Notes under the pieces: model-generated | What the model was told of the DNA's origin: nothing | Database searches by the model: none | What the model saw: only the letters and a program-made list of their open reading frames with translations | From: an uncultured bacterium | GTDB taxonomy: Bacteria; Zhuqueibacterota; QNDG01; CAYUAG01 | DNA length: 56,184 nucleotides | Direction of reading: 5' to 3' | Assembly (NCBI GenBank): GCA_964515295.1 | Contig: CAZETW010000006.1 | Location: 1 to 56,184, forward strand | Part shown: positions 20,130 to 29,023 of the stretch, one piece after another | Layout of the letters: every line of letters begins with the position of its first letter | How positions within the stretch are numbered: the first letter of the stretch is position 1 | Made by a program: the position numbers and the translations under genes

Positions 20130-23084
20130 TTATTTAAGTAACATTAATTTTCTGGTTACTACCTGAGAAGCTGTAGATAAACGATAGAAGTAAATTCCTG
20201 ATTCAAAACGTGTTGCATTCCACATAACATTATGTTCACCTTTAGCCTCAAATTTATTTACCAACGTAGCTACTTTTTGTCCCAGAACATTAAAGACCTC
20301 AAGTGTTACCATACCAGCCTGAGGAATAGAATATCGTATCTTTGTTTCCGGATTAAAAGGATTAGGATAGTTCTGTTCAAGAACAACATTCGTAGGAATA
20401 TTATTAAGATTGTTAATCCCACCTTCTGCAATTCCGGTGTACATTGCCAGGTTATCATAGGCAGCGCCGCCCTGAACCGGTCTGGGATCAAGGGTGCTGT
20501 CCTGAGTTCTGCTGATAACTCTGAGAGGAGAGGTGGTTACGATTTCATTATAAGTAGCTGCATTGGAAAAATAATTTGCTTCCCAGGTGTTATCACCTAT
20601 TTCTGTCCAGGTATTGCCGGAAGCAAAATTAAACCAGAGGTTGTTTTCAAACACGATCTGTCCGTCATCAAGACGTTTTTTACTGTCCTGAATGTAAGAA
20701 TCAGTTTGTTCTATACTGACTGCAATACCGCTTCTGTCCCCGAAAATGGAGTTTTTGTATTCTCCGCCCCAGTTATCCCGCAGTTTCAAGCCTTCATCAT
20801 CCTGGCTGGAGGTCATTCCCGGTCCCAGATAGGTGGCATTGTATATCACCGGATAGGCAAAGGGAGTTCCGTCTTCCGGATCATGACCGCCGTCATGTTC
20901 ACCGCAGCGTCCGGCTGCAGCTGTATCCTGAATGGCAAACAAAAACTGCATTTTGCTGCGTATTCCCATATCATGATCAAAGGCATCATCGCCGCAGAAC
21001 GCTGCCACCAGATGTTTACAGTTTACGGTGCCGCCAAACCATTCAAATCCATCATCACTGTTGCTGAACACTTCGATGTACTCAATGGTGGTGCCGTCCC
21101 CGACTGCACCCATGGTCAATCCGTTGATCTCATCACCGGGAGCCAGCTCTGTCCCCCCGTGACGAATGGAAACATAGCGCAATATACCGGAACAGTCATG
21201 ATCATTATTTCCGCCGAACCTGGTTCTGTCTGACTGCTCGGATATTCCTTCGATATAGCTGTAGCCGCCGGTTTCATTGATCACTGCATTTCCTAACAGT
21301 ATCAGTCCGGCCCACTGACCTCTGGTATCAAAACTGACATCATAGGGGGTAGAGATATCATCACTATAGGTAGTAAAAATAATGGGATTCTCTGCGGTTC
21401 CTTCTGCATAAATTTCTGCATCCTGACAGATAATCAGACCGCTGGCATTTTCACCAGTACCAGCCTTGCCTTTGATAACCGTACCTTCTTCAATGTTGAG
21501 CACCGTACCAGCTTCAACATAGACCAGACCCTCCAGCACATAAATATTGTCTGCAGTCCAGAAGACCTGATCGCCTGCCTGAATATCATTATCTGTAACA
21601 GTGACTTCAGCAGCAGGAGTTGCAGCATCAGCTAAGAAACCGTATTCATCCAGCGCTGTCCAGCCCCGCATCCAGTTGCTGGAACCAAACGCTCCTTTGT
21701 AGTTCACCTGCTCGAAAAATCCATCATTAGGTACAGTAGCTAAATTATCATAGGCAGCGCCGCCCTGAACCGGTCTGGGATCAAGGGTGCTGTCCTGAGT
21801 TCTGCTGATAACTCTGAGAGGAGAGGTGGTTACGATTTCATTATAAGTAGCTGCATTGGAAAAATAATTTGCTTCCCAGGTGTTATCACCTATTTCTGTC
21901 CAGGTATTGCCGGAAGCAAAATTAAACCAGAGGTTGTTTTCAAACACGATCTGTCCGTCATCAAGACGTTTTTTACTGTCCTGAATGTAAGAATCAGTTT
22001 GTTCTATACTGACTGCAATACCGCTTCTGTCCCCGAAAATGGAGTTTTTGTATTCTCCGCCCCAGTTATCCCGCAGTTTCAAGCCTTCATCATCCTGGCT
22101 GGAGGTCATTCCCGGTCCCAGATAGGTGGCATTGTATATCACCGGATAGGCAAAGGGAGTTCCGTCTTCCGGATCATGACCGCCGTCATGTTCACCGCAG
22201 CGTCCGGCTGCAGCTGTATCCTGAATGGCAAACAAAAACTGCATTTTGCTGCGTATTCCCATATCATGATCAAAGGCATCATCGCCGCAGAACGCTGCCA
22301 CCAGATGTTTACAGTTTACGGTGCCGCCAAACCATTCAAATCCATCATCACTGTTGCTGAACACTTCGATGTACTCAATGGTGGTGCCGTCCCCGACTGC
22401 ACCCATGGTCAATCCGTTGATCTCATCACCGGGAGCCAGCTCTGTCCCCCCGTGACGAATGGAAACATAGCGCAATATACCGGAACAGTCATGATCATTA
22501 TTTCCGCCGAACCTGGTTCTGTCTGACTGCTCGGATATTCCTTCGATATAGCTGTAGCCGCCGGTTTCATTGATCACTGCATTTCCTAACAGTATCAGTC
22601 CGGCCCACTGACCTCTGGTATCAAAACTGACATCATAGGGGGTAGAGATATCATCACTATAGGTAGTAAAAATAATGGGATTCTCTGCGGTTCCTTCTGC
22701 ATAAATTTCTGCATCCTGACAGATAATCAGACCGCTGGCATTTTCACCAGTACCAGCCTTGCCTTTGATAACCGTACCTTCTTCAATGTTGAGCACCGTA
22801 CCAGCTTCAACATAGACCAGACCCTCCAGCACATAAATATTGTCTGCAGTCCAGAAGACCTGATCGCCTGCCTGAATATCATTATCTGTAACAGTGACTT
22901 CAGCAGCAGGAGTTGCAGCATCAGCTAAGAAACCGTATTCATCCAGCGCTGTCCAGCCCCGCATCCAGTTGCTGGAACCAAACGCTCCTTTGTAGTTCAC
23001 CTGCTCGAAAAAATGGTTTTGTCCAATACCCAGATTAAATGATATCAAGGTTAATAGTAACGTTATTATCCATCGTTTTTTCAT
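20130..23084 (-). CDS. Secreted acidic (predicted beta-helix) protein with two identical 431-aa-period units and a T9SS type-A-like C-terminal domain
   Basis: Signal peptide from MKKRW (GGAGG RBS); repeated GQWAGLILLGNA/DDGFEWFGGTVN/DDAFD unit; C-terminal LEQNYPNPFNP...SGIYFYRL...KLMLLK. Confidence 0.88.
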   Translation of the reverse strand: MKKRWIITLLLTLISFNLGIGQNHFFEQVNYKGAFGSSNWMRGWTALDEYGFLADAATPAAEVTVTDNDIQAGDQVFWTADNIYVLEGLVYVEAGTVLNIEEGTVIKGKAGTGENASGLIICQDAEIYAEGTAENPIIFTTYSDDISTPYDVSFDTRGQWAGLILLGNAVINETGGYSYIEGISEQSDRTRFGGNNDHDCSGILRYVSIRHGGTELAPGDEINGLTMGAVGDGTTIEYIEVFSNSDDGFEWFGGTVNCKHLVAAFCGDDAFDHDMGIRSKMQFLFAIQDTAAAGRCGEHDGGHDPEDGTPFAYPVIYNATYLGPGMTSSQDDEGLKLRDNWGGEYKNSIFGDRSGIAVSIEQTDSYIQDSKKRLDDGQIVFENNLWFNFASGNTWTEIGDNTWEANYFSNAATYNEIVTTSPLRVISRTQDSTLDPRPVQGGAAYDNLATVPNDGFFEQVNYKGAFGSSNWMRGWTALDEYGFLADAATPAAEVTVTDNDIQAGDQVFWTADNIYVLEGLVYVEAGTVLNIEEGTVIKGKAGTGENASGLIICQDAEIYAEGTAENPIIFTTYSDDISTPYDVSFDTRGQWAGLILLGNAVINETGGYSYIEGISEQSDRTRFGGNNDHDCSGILRYVSIRHGGTELAPGDEINGLTMGAVGDGTTIEYIEVFSNSDDGFEWFGGTVNCKHLVAAFCGDDAFDHDMGIRSKMQFLFAIQDTAAAGRCGEHDGGHDPEDGTPFAYPVIYNATYLGPGMTSSQDDEGLKLRDNWGGEYKNSIFGDRSGIAVSIEQTDSYIQDSKKRLDDGQIVFENNLWFNFASGNTWTEIGDNTWEANYFSNAATYNEIVTTSPLRVISRTQDSTLDPRPVQGGAAYDNLAMYTGIAEGGINNLNNIPTNVVLEQNYPNPFNPETKIRYSIPQAGMVTLEVFNVLGQKVATLVNKFEAKGEHNVMWNATRFESGIYFYRLSTASQVVTRKLMLLK
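20452..23012. repeat. Direct repeat, 2 x 1268 bp (20452-21719 and 21745-23012)
   Basis: Period 1293 bp with a 25-bp unique spacer. No mismatch was seen by eye, and the translated units are identical. Confidence 0.93.
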
Positions 23085-23244
23085 ATTTACCTCCATTATT
23101 AGTAAAGTTTCATGAGTTTAAAATCATTATAAAAATCATACTGTCTCTTACTAAACCTTTTCCTCCTTTCATTTCTTATTTTTCAAAAATATATTAACAA
23201 ATATAAACTACTATTTAATTGTTATAGTTTTATATGTAAAATAT

Positions 23245-26133
23245 TTAATTTATGTTATAATTTATACCCAGTGAAAACGTTCTTCCTTTTCTATAAAGCT
23301 GGGAAATAAAAATTTTATTTTTAAACTCATGCAACTTTTTTTCTTCGCTGTTTAGTAAATTTTTTGCAGAAAATTTAAGCGATATATGGGAGGATATATT
23401 CTTAGACAAAGTAAAATTTAAGGTTTCTGCCGGTTGTTGATATACATCCGGAGTGCTGCCTTTACCGATTGCCGCAAGTCTTTCTCCGAATATATTAAAA
23501 TAAACACTTGAAGATAACCCCATTTCATAATTATCATATCCCAAAATTACATTTAACAAATAGGGGGACTGCCCCTGAAAAGGTCTGGTAGATGCAGCTT
23601 CCGGATTGGTTTCTCTGCTCAAAGCCAGTTCTTGAGGATTGATATCGACCTGTGAATGAATGAGAGTTACATTTGAACCAAAACTGAAATTTTTTAATTT
23701 TGATGATATCATTTCCAGATTTTTCCTCACTTCAAATTCCAGACCATAGGAAAGAGCTACATCAACATTTTCCCAGGTCAGCCAGTAATTATTATTTTTA
23801 ATCACTATTTCAATTGGATTAAAGAATTTTTTATAAAAAACACTCAATGCCAGTAATTCACCCGGTTGAGTAAACCACTCCCATCTGAAATCAACATTAT
23901 CAATTAAGGTTCTTTTTAAGTCCTGATTACCCTGATATTTATCACCTTCTTTGAAATCATAGGATACAAAACTTGAAATTTCACGGAAACTGGGCCGGGC
24001 CAGCGTTTTACTGTACGCAAGCCGTACATTCATATTGTCAGTAAGACCGTATATAAAATTTAAAGAAGGTAGATAATCTTCTGTTTTGATAATTCCTTTT
24101 GGCTCATCCGGATCTTTACTCACTACTTTCATATCAGTTGTTTCGTATCGTAACCCTCCTATAAAGCGTATTCGGGTTAATAGTTTTAAATCAGCCATTA
24201 CATACCCGGCATTAATATGCTGATCACCACTGTAATTACTTGCCAGTTGTTCAGTTTCCTGAATATATATACCAAATAAATTATATATATTGCCATCCGG
24301 AGCTGTCCAGGTGCCTGTCTGACCAAGATGTGAATTATCAAATAACTCGTATATATCACCATCTGCTTGCCGCAGAGTTGTTCCAATTTTAGACCCTGAT
24401 TCATATTTAAATCTTCTTTCAGTGAAAATTCTTGTTTTGACCGCACTGGATATACCGAATTTTATTTTTCCCGTTCTGCTGTTTTCGAATAATGTGATAT
24501 CGAACTTTCCTTCATATCTGTCTTCATCCAGATAACGAAAATATCGTTCCTGAGGTATATTGGTTTTTACTCCATAATTGCCCGATGCTGTCTGGTAGTA
24601 AGTGAAAAACCTGTGATCAGGTTCGTCCTGAATGGAATTCGCAAAAGAAATTTTCCAATCTACTCTGGTGCCTTGCAAAGATTTCAATAAATGTTCACCA
24701 TGCAGCTGATAAGAAGAAAGTCTCCTTTCATTATACTGTTGAGAATAGACTTTATATATATCATCGTCTTTTAAATCATAAGGGAAAGCACCATCAAAGA
24801 GTCTTGCTTTACTTAATCCATTTTGATTATGCATAACCGTAAAGCTCATAATAGTAACCGGTGACAGTTTAAGAGATGTTTTTACATTGGCTCCCCATAA
24901 CACCTCATCAACAGTTTGATGATCATTTAAATTGAATATATTTTCCAGGCCGGTAGCCTGATCAGAATATGCTTTAAGCACCCAGCGTGCATATGTTCCT
25001 GAGTCATAATTATTATAACTTCTGTTATAGGTTAAACTCCCGATATATCCCAAAGTTTTTCCTAAAATTTTTGTTTGATTCCCAATAGAAAATGAGTATC
25101 TCTGATTTAAAGGGATTTGCATTTTTTTAGGTGACATACTGTTATTGAAAGCCTTTGTTGTCTGATCAACATACTGAGCCATATTATTGTCTGTACGTGC
25201 TTTGACAATATCGATCTCTCTGAGAGTGTCCGGAACAATTCCAGGTATATCCATTGATCCATCTGACATTCCCAGCCACAATAAATCACCTGCATTTCGT
25301 ATACTCAAACCATTGTCCTTAAAGCTGGTTTGAGTATTATATGATGTTGAGGCAGAAAAAGACAGATTAAAATTATTGGGAAAGTCCTTGGTATGGATGT
25401 CAATTGTTCCGCCTGAGAAATTACCAGGCTTGTCTGGAGTAAAACTTTTAGTAGTAACTATATTATCAAGCAGGGCAGAGGAGATAATATCTACATTAGC
25501 TGAACGTTTGTAAGGGTCAGTACCCGGCAGTTCTATACCGTTTAACTGAGTACTGGTATATCTGTCACCAAGACCTCTGATAAAGATGTATCTACCATCA
25601 ACTACAGAAGCCCCTGTAACCTGATTCATGGCTTCAGCTGCATTTCCACTTCCGGTACGACTCATCGTTTTGATACTGACTGCATCACTGACTGCTGCTG
25701 ATTTCTGGCGATCCTTTAAAAGAATTGCTTCTGTATTTCTTATAGCCTTGGCAGAGACAATAACTTTTTCTCCCTGAATTGCCTCAGGAACCATTGATAT
25801 ATTAATTTCTGTAACCTCTTTTGGTTTTACTGTAACATCTGTTATTTCCGAAGGTTTAAAACCCATATAAGTTATTTTCAAAGTGTAGGTTCCGGCTGGA
25901 ATAGTACCTATACGATAATCACCTTTCATATCTGATGCAGTACCGATACTTGTTCCCACAAGATAAATATTTGCACCGAATAAAGGATTTCCACTTTCTT
26001 TTTCTACCACTGTACCGGTAATTATTCCAGTAGCTGAAGATCGAGGAAAAACACTGGGTGTTATAAAACAGATGAAAATTAAAAATGTGATAAATTTTAA
26101 AAATTTCTTTTGAATCTTTTGATTTACGGTCAT
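23245..26133 (-). CDS. TonB-dependent receptor with N-terminal carboxypeptidase-regulatory-like domain
   Basis: GIITGTVVEKESGNPLFGANI, plug FIRGLGDRY, YSKTLARPSFRE, C-terminal GRTFSLGINYNIN. Confidence 0.93.
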   Translation of the reverse strand: MTVNQKIQKKFLKFITFLIFICFITPSVFPRSSATGIITGTVVEKESGNPLFGANIYLVGTSIGTASDMKGDYRIGTIPAGTYTLKITYMGFKPSEITDVTVKPKEVTEINISMVPEAIQGEKVIVSAKAIRNTEAILLKDRQKSAAVSDAVSIKTMSRTGSGNAAEAMNQVTGASVVDGRYIFIRGLGDRYTSTQLNGIELPGTDPYKRSANVDIISSALLDNIVTTKSFTPDKPGNFSGGTIDIHTKDFPNNFNLSFSASTSYNTQTSFKDNGLSIRNAGDLLWLGMSDGSMDIPGIVPDTLREIDIVKARTDNNMAQYVDQTTKAFNNSMSPKKMQIPLNQRYSFSIGNQTKILGKTLGYIGSLTYNRSYNNYDSGTYARWVLKAYSDQATGLENIFNLNDHQTVDEVLWGANVKTSLKLSPVTIMSFTVMHNQNGLSKARLFDGAFPYDLKDDDIYKVYSQQYNERRLSSYQLHGEHLLKSLQGTRVDWKISFANSIQDEPDHRFFTYYQTASGNYGVKTNIPQERYFRYLDEDRYEGKFDITLFENSRTGKIKFGISSAVKTRIFTERRFKYESGSKIGTTLRQADGDIYELFDNSHLGQTGTWTAPDGNIYNLFGIYIQETEQLASNYSGDQHINAGYVMADLKLLTRIRFIGGLRYETTDMKVVSKDPDEPKGIIKTEDYLPSLNFIYGLTDNMNVRLAYSKTLARPSFREISSFVSYDFKEGDKYQGNQDLKRTLIDNVDFRWEWFTQPGELLALSVFYKKFFNPIEIVIKNNNYWLTWENVDVALSYGLEFEVRKNLEMISSKLKNFSFGSNVTLIHSQVDINPQELALSRETNPEAASTRPFQGQSPYLLNVILGYDNYEMGLSSSVYFNIFGERLAAIGKGSTPDVYQQPAETLNFTLSKNISSHISLKFSAKNLLNSEEKKLHEFKNKIFISQLYRKGRTFSLGINYNIN

Positions 26134-26197
26134 TTTTCCCTCCCTTAAAGGTTTTTAACTGTTTTCAATTAATCGTTCATTAAAAAAATAAGAAATT

Positions 26198-26226
26198 ATG
26201 TTAACTGTTGATTAAGGTGATATTAA
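26198..26226 (-). promoter_or_regulatory. Three 11-bp-spaced direct repeats (OmpR/PhoB-type box candidate)
   Basis: Minus strand reads TTAATAT-cacc-TTAATCA-acag-TTAACAT upstream of the receptor gene. Confidence 0.5.
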
Positions 26227-26366
26227 ATATTCATTTGAAATTCTTTAGAGAAGTGTTAGGAAAAATCAGGTATGTTTCTTGGTAGTTTTATATGTAAATG
26301 TAGAGTATATATTATATAATTATTTAGGAAAAGAATATAGTATGAAATTTTAATCGATAGAGTTCA

Positions 26367-26382
26367 TGGCATAATTTTGGCA
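26367..26382 (+). promoter_or_regulatory. Putative sigma-54 -24/-12 promoter
   Basis: TGGCATAATTTTGGCA has GG-N10-GC spacing, about 50 bp before ATG 26431. Confidence 0.55.
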
Positions 26383-26430
26383 ATGAATTTTACTGAAAAA
26401 AAAGATTATCATTATAAAAGGAGGGAATAA

Positions 26431-26802
26431 ATGACCGAATCTTATGCTAAATACGATAATGAAAAAAATCGCATTTATTTAGTATTGGAAGGATCGCACG
26501 ATTTAGCAGAGGCGCAAAGAATGAAAAATGAATATGCCAAAGCTATTGAAATGGCACGTCCGGGATTTACTGTATTAGCTGATCTGAGAGATTATACTCC
26601 TGGATTTGAAGAAGTCCAGAAAGTTCATGCCAGTGCAGTGCATTTGGCTGAAGAAGCAGGGGTTTCTAAAGTTGCACGGGTTACAGGTCAAACACCACTG
26701 GGAGAAATGCAGGTTTCCAGAATTGCCAAAAAAGAGGTTCACTATCCTTCAAAAAGTTTTGTTACAGTGGAAGAAGCAGAGAAATTCCTTGATAAAAAAT
26801 AA
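26431..26802 (+). CDS. Small hypothetical protein, possibly STAS/SEC14-like fold
   Basis: AGGAGG RBS; pattern RIYLVLEG...GFTVLADLRDY...KVARV...F.TVEEAEKFLD. Confidence 0.7.
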   Translation: MTESYAKYDNEKNRIYLVLEGSHDLAEAQRMKNEYAKAIEMARPGFTVLADLRDYTPGFEEVQKVHASAVHLAEEAGVSKVARVTGQTPLGEMQVSRIAKKEVHYPSKSFVTVEEAEKFLDKK

Positions 26803-26810
26803 ATTTTTTT

Positions 26811-27731
26811 TTAATCTTTAAAGGATTTTCGGTTTAAATCGTATTTCTTCATTTTATATCTAAGAGTACCTTCAGAAATATTTAAAGCTTTGGCAGCACT
26901 GGTCTGATTACCAGCATATCGTTTCATAGTCTTAGTAATAAGATATTTTTCTACTTCATCAACTGCTTCAGGAAGATTATAGCCAATCATGTATTCCAGG
27001 GGGTGCTTTTTAACTTCGAAGGGTAAATAACTGGTATCAAGTTCATTGTTTTTTGACATGAGTACGATATTTTGTACAGATTTTTTCAATTCAGTGACAT
27101 TACCGGGCCAGTTATAGTCAATAATTGATTCGTATAAATTTTCCGGAATATCAGGGATTTCTTTATTGTTCTCTTCACATGTATGTTCAAGAAAATAATT
27201 AAATAAAGAAGGAATATCCTGTTTTCTCTCCTTGAGCGGTGGGACGATCATTGTATGATTGTCTAGAAGAGAAAGAAGATCTTTTCGGATATTGTTTTCA
27301 GATTTTATTGCATAATTTGTTGTAATTGCAGAGATTCTGAAAGTAACATCATGTTTTTTTTGGGAATATGGGTTTACATATTTTTCTTCTTTAAGAACAT
27401 TAAAAAATAATTTCTGGTATTTTGCAGGAATTTCATCTAAATTCTCAAGACAAAGTGTTCCTTTATACACTTGTCCAAAAATATCAGTATCTTTATCATT
27501 TTGGTTGGTATTACTGTAAAGATCAGAATCATTTATAGTATTTCCCAAAGTAGAACAATTCAGAAATACAAGCTGATGGTTTTTATGTCTGCTTTTATTG
27601 TGGATTTCTCTCACTATGGCTTTTTTTCCAGTACCAGATTCTCCGATAATCAGAAAAGAATCTTCAATTTTTGCAAGCTGATTGCTATATTTTTTAATTT
27701 TTTTTATCTGGGGGCTGTTTCCTATAATCAT
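26811..27731 (-). CDS. Degenerate NtrC/Fis-family AAA+ transcriptional regulator lacking GAFTGA and input domain
   Basis: IIGESGTGK, VPPLKERKQDI, YNWPGNVTEL, Fis HTH GNQTSAAKALNISEGTLRYKMKKY; AGGAG RBS before ATG 27731. Confidence 0.85.
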   Translation of the reverse strand: MIIGNSPQIKKIKKYSNQLAKIEDSFLIIGESGTGKKAIVREIHNKSRHKNHQLVFLNCSTLGNTINDSDLYSNTNQNDKDTDIFGQVYKGTLCLENLDEIPAKYQKLFFNVLKEEKYVNPYSQKKHDVTFRISAITTNYAIKSENNIRKDLLSLLDNHTMIVPPLKERKQDIPSLFNYFLEHTCEENNKEIPDIPENLYESIIDYNWPGNVTELKKSVQNIVLMSKNNELDTSYLPFEVKKHPLEYMIGYNLPEAVDEVEKYLITKTMKRYAGNQTSAAKALNISEGTLRYKMKKYDLNRKSFKD

Positions 27732-27866
27732 TAGATTTCTCCTGTTTTCAGTTATACGATATTGCAATTTACCGGATAAAATCATATACTATATTAAACT
27801 ATTTTATTATAATTAAATTTATTTTTAAAAGCAAATTTTTAATAAGAAATTATAAAGTTAGTTATA

Positions 27867-28268
27867 ATGAATTCTAAAGATAACATTTTTGAAAAAAATA
27901 GTTATAAAATCAAAAAATTCATCAGTTCTGACGGCTGTGAAATACTTGCGGGCAGAGATGAAGTGAGTAATGATTATCTTACCTTTAATATTGGTCAGCC
28001 AAATGATTTATGGTTTCATGTTAAGGGAGAATCGGGAAGTCATGTTATTTTGAAATGCCCGGATTCAAAACAAATTCCACCTAAAAAAAGTCAGCAGGAG
28101 GCTGCTTCGGTTGCAGCCTGGTATTCAAAAATGCAGAAAGGGGGCAGGGTATCGGTCACAGTATGCAAAGTAAAAGATATTTCAAAACCCAAGAAAGCGG
28201 CTCCTGGATTGGTCAGAGTTCGTAAAGTAAAAACATTGATGGTAACTCCAGAATTACCAGACAATTAA
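27867..28268 (+). CDS. Stand-alone NFACT-R (DUF814) RNA-binding domain protein
   Basis: ILAGRD...NDYLT, DLWFHV...GSHVIL, AA..AAWYSK, KPKKAAPGLV. Confidence 0.88.
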   Translation: MNSKDNIFEKNSYKIKKFISSDGCEILAGRDEVSNDYLTFNIGQPNDLWFHVKGESGSHVILKCPDSKQIPPKKSQQEAASVAAWYSKMQKGGRVSVTVCKVKDISKPKKAAPGLVRVRKVKTLMVTPELPDN

Positions 28269-28393
28269 AAAATATTAAGAGGTTCACAGATTTTGAAATT
28301 AAAAAACATAACTGGAATAAATTAATTTTTTTATATATTTAAAAGGTCAAATAAAAATGCATAGTATTACTGTAGAATTGTTAAAGGCAAATT

Positions 28394-28999
28394 TTAAGTT
28401 TTATTTTTCTTTTTATTGTTATAATATTCCGGATAAAGTTTTTTCTGACATTCCGGACAGATTCCGTGGCTGAAGTGTGCTTCTGAATGGTCGCTTATAT
28501 AGGATTCAACTTGTTGCCAATAGCCATCATCGTTACGGATTTTTTTACATGAAGAGCAAATAGGTAGAAGTCCTTTCAGGGTTTTTATTTTTGCCAAAGC
28601 ATCTTGAAGCTCATTGATAAGTTTTTCTCTTTCTTTTTCAACATTTATCCGTTCGGTGGGATCTCGCAATGTAGCTAATATAACTTCTTGCTTATTCCAG
28701 GGAATCATGGTGAAAGTTAAGTCCAGGGTTCGGGAAGAACCGTCAGCTCGACGGAATTCATCAACAAAAACAGATCCATATACCTTTATATTTTCAATTC
28801 TTTTTTTATGTGATGATTTTGTTCTCTGGGGGAAAAGAACAGAAAATTTCATACCTATCAGTTCTTGCTTTTGATACCCGAGTATGGGCTGAATTGCTTG
28901 ATTTACTTCTAAGATTTTCCTGGTCTTCGCGTCAACAATTAAAAGAGCATCAATGGATTTCTGAAATATTGAATAATATTTACCTTTTGTTAATTTCAT
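28394..28999 (-). CDS. PAS domain protein with C-terminal Cys/His (Zn-binding-like) domain
   Basis: PAS (ILEVNQA...LGYQKQELIG), coiled coil, LLPICSSCKKIR...GYW...SHGICPEC. Confidence 0.85.
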   Translation of the reverse strand: MKLTKGKYYSIFQKSIDALLIVDAKTRKILEVNQAIQPILGYQKQELIGMKFSVLFPQRTKSSHKKRIENIKVYGSVFVDEFRRADGSSRTLDLTFTMIPWNKQEVILATLRDPTERINVEKEREKLINELQDALAKIKTLKGLLPICSSCKKIRNDDGYWQQVESYISDHSEAHFSHGICPECQKKLYPEYYNNKKKNKT

Positions 29000-29023
29000 A
29001 TATGCTGAATAAAGTTCACATTC

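Noticed and set aside
20232-22526. 333-aa and 175-aa + strand ORFs
   Set aside because: Antisense shadows of the GC-richer repeated gene; they repeat only because the DNA does.
20130-23084. Diversity-generating retroelement template/variable repeat pair
   Set aside because: The copies are very long, show no adenine-specific differences, and no reverse transcriptase is present.
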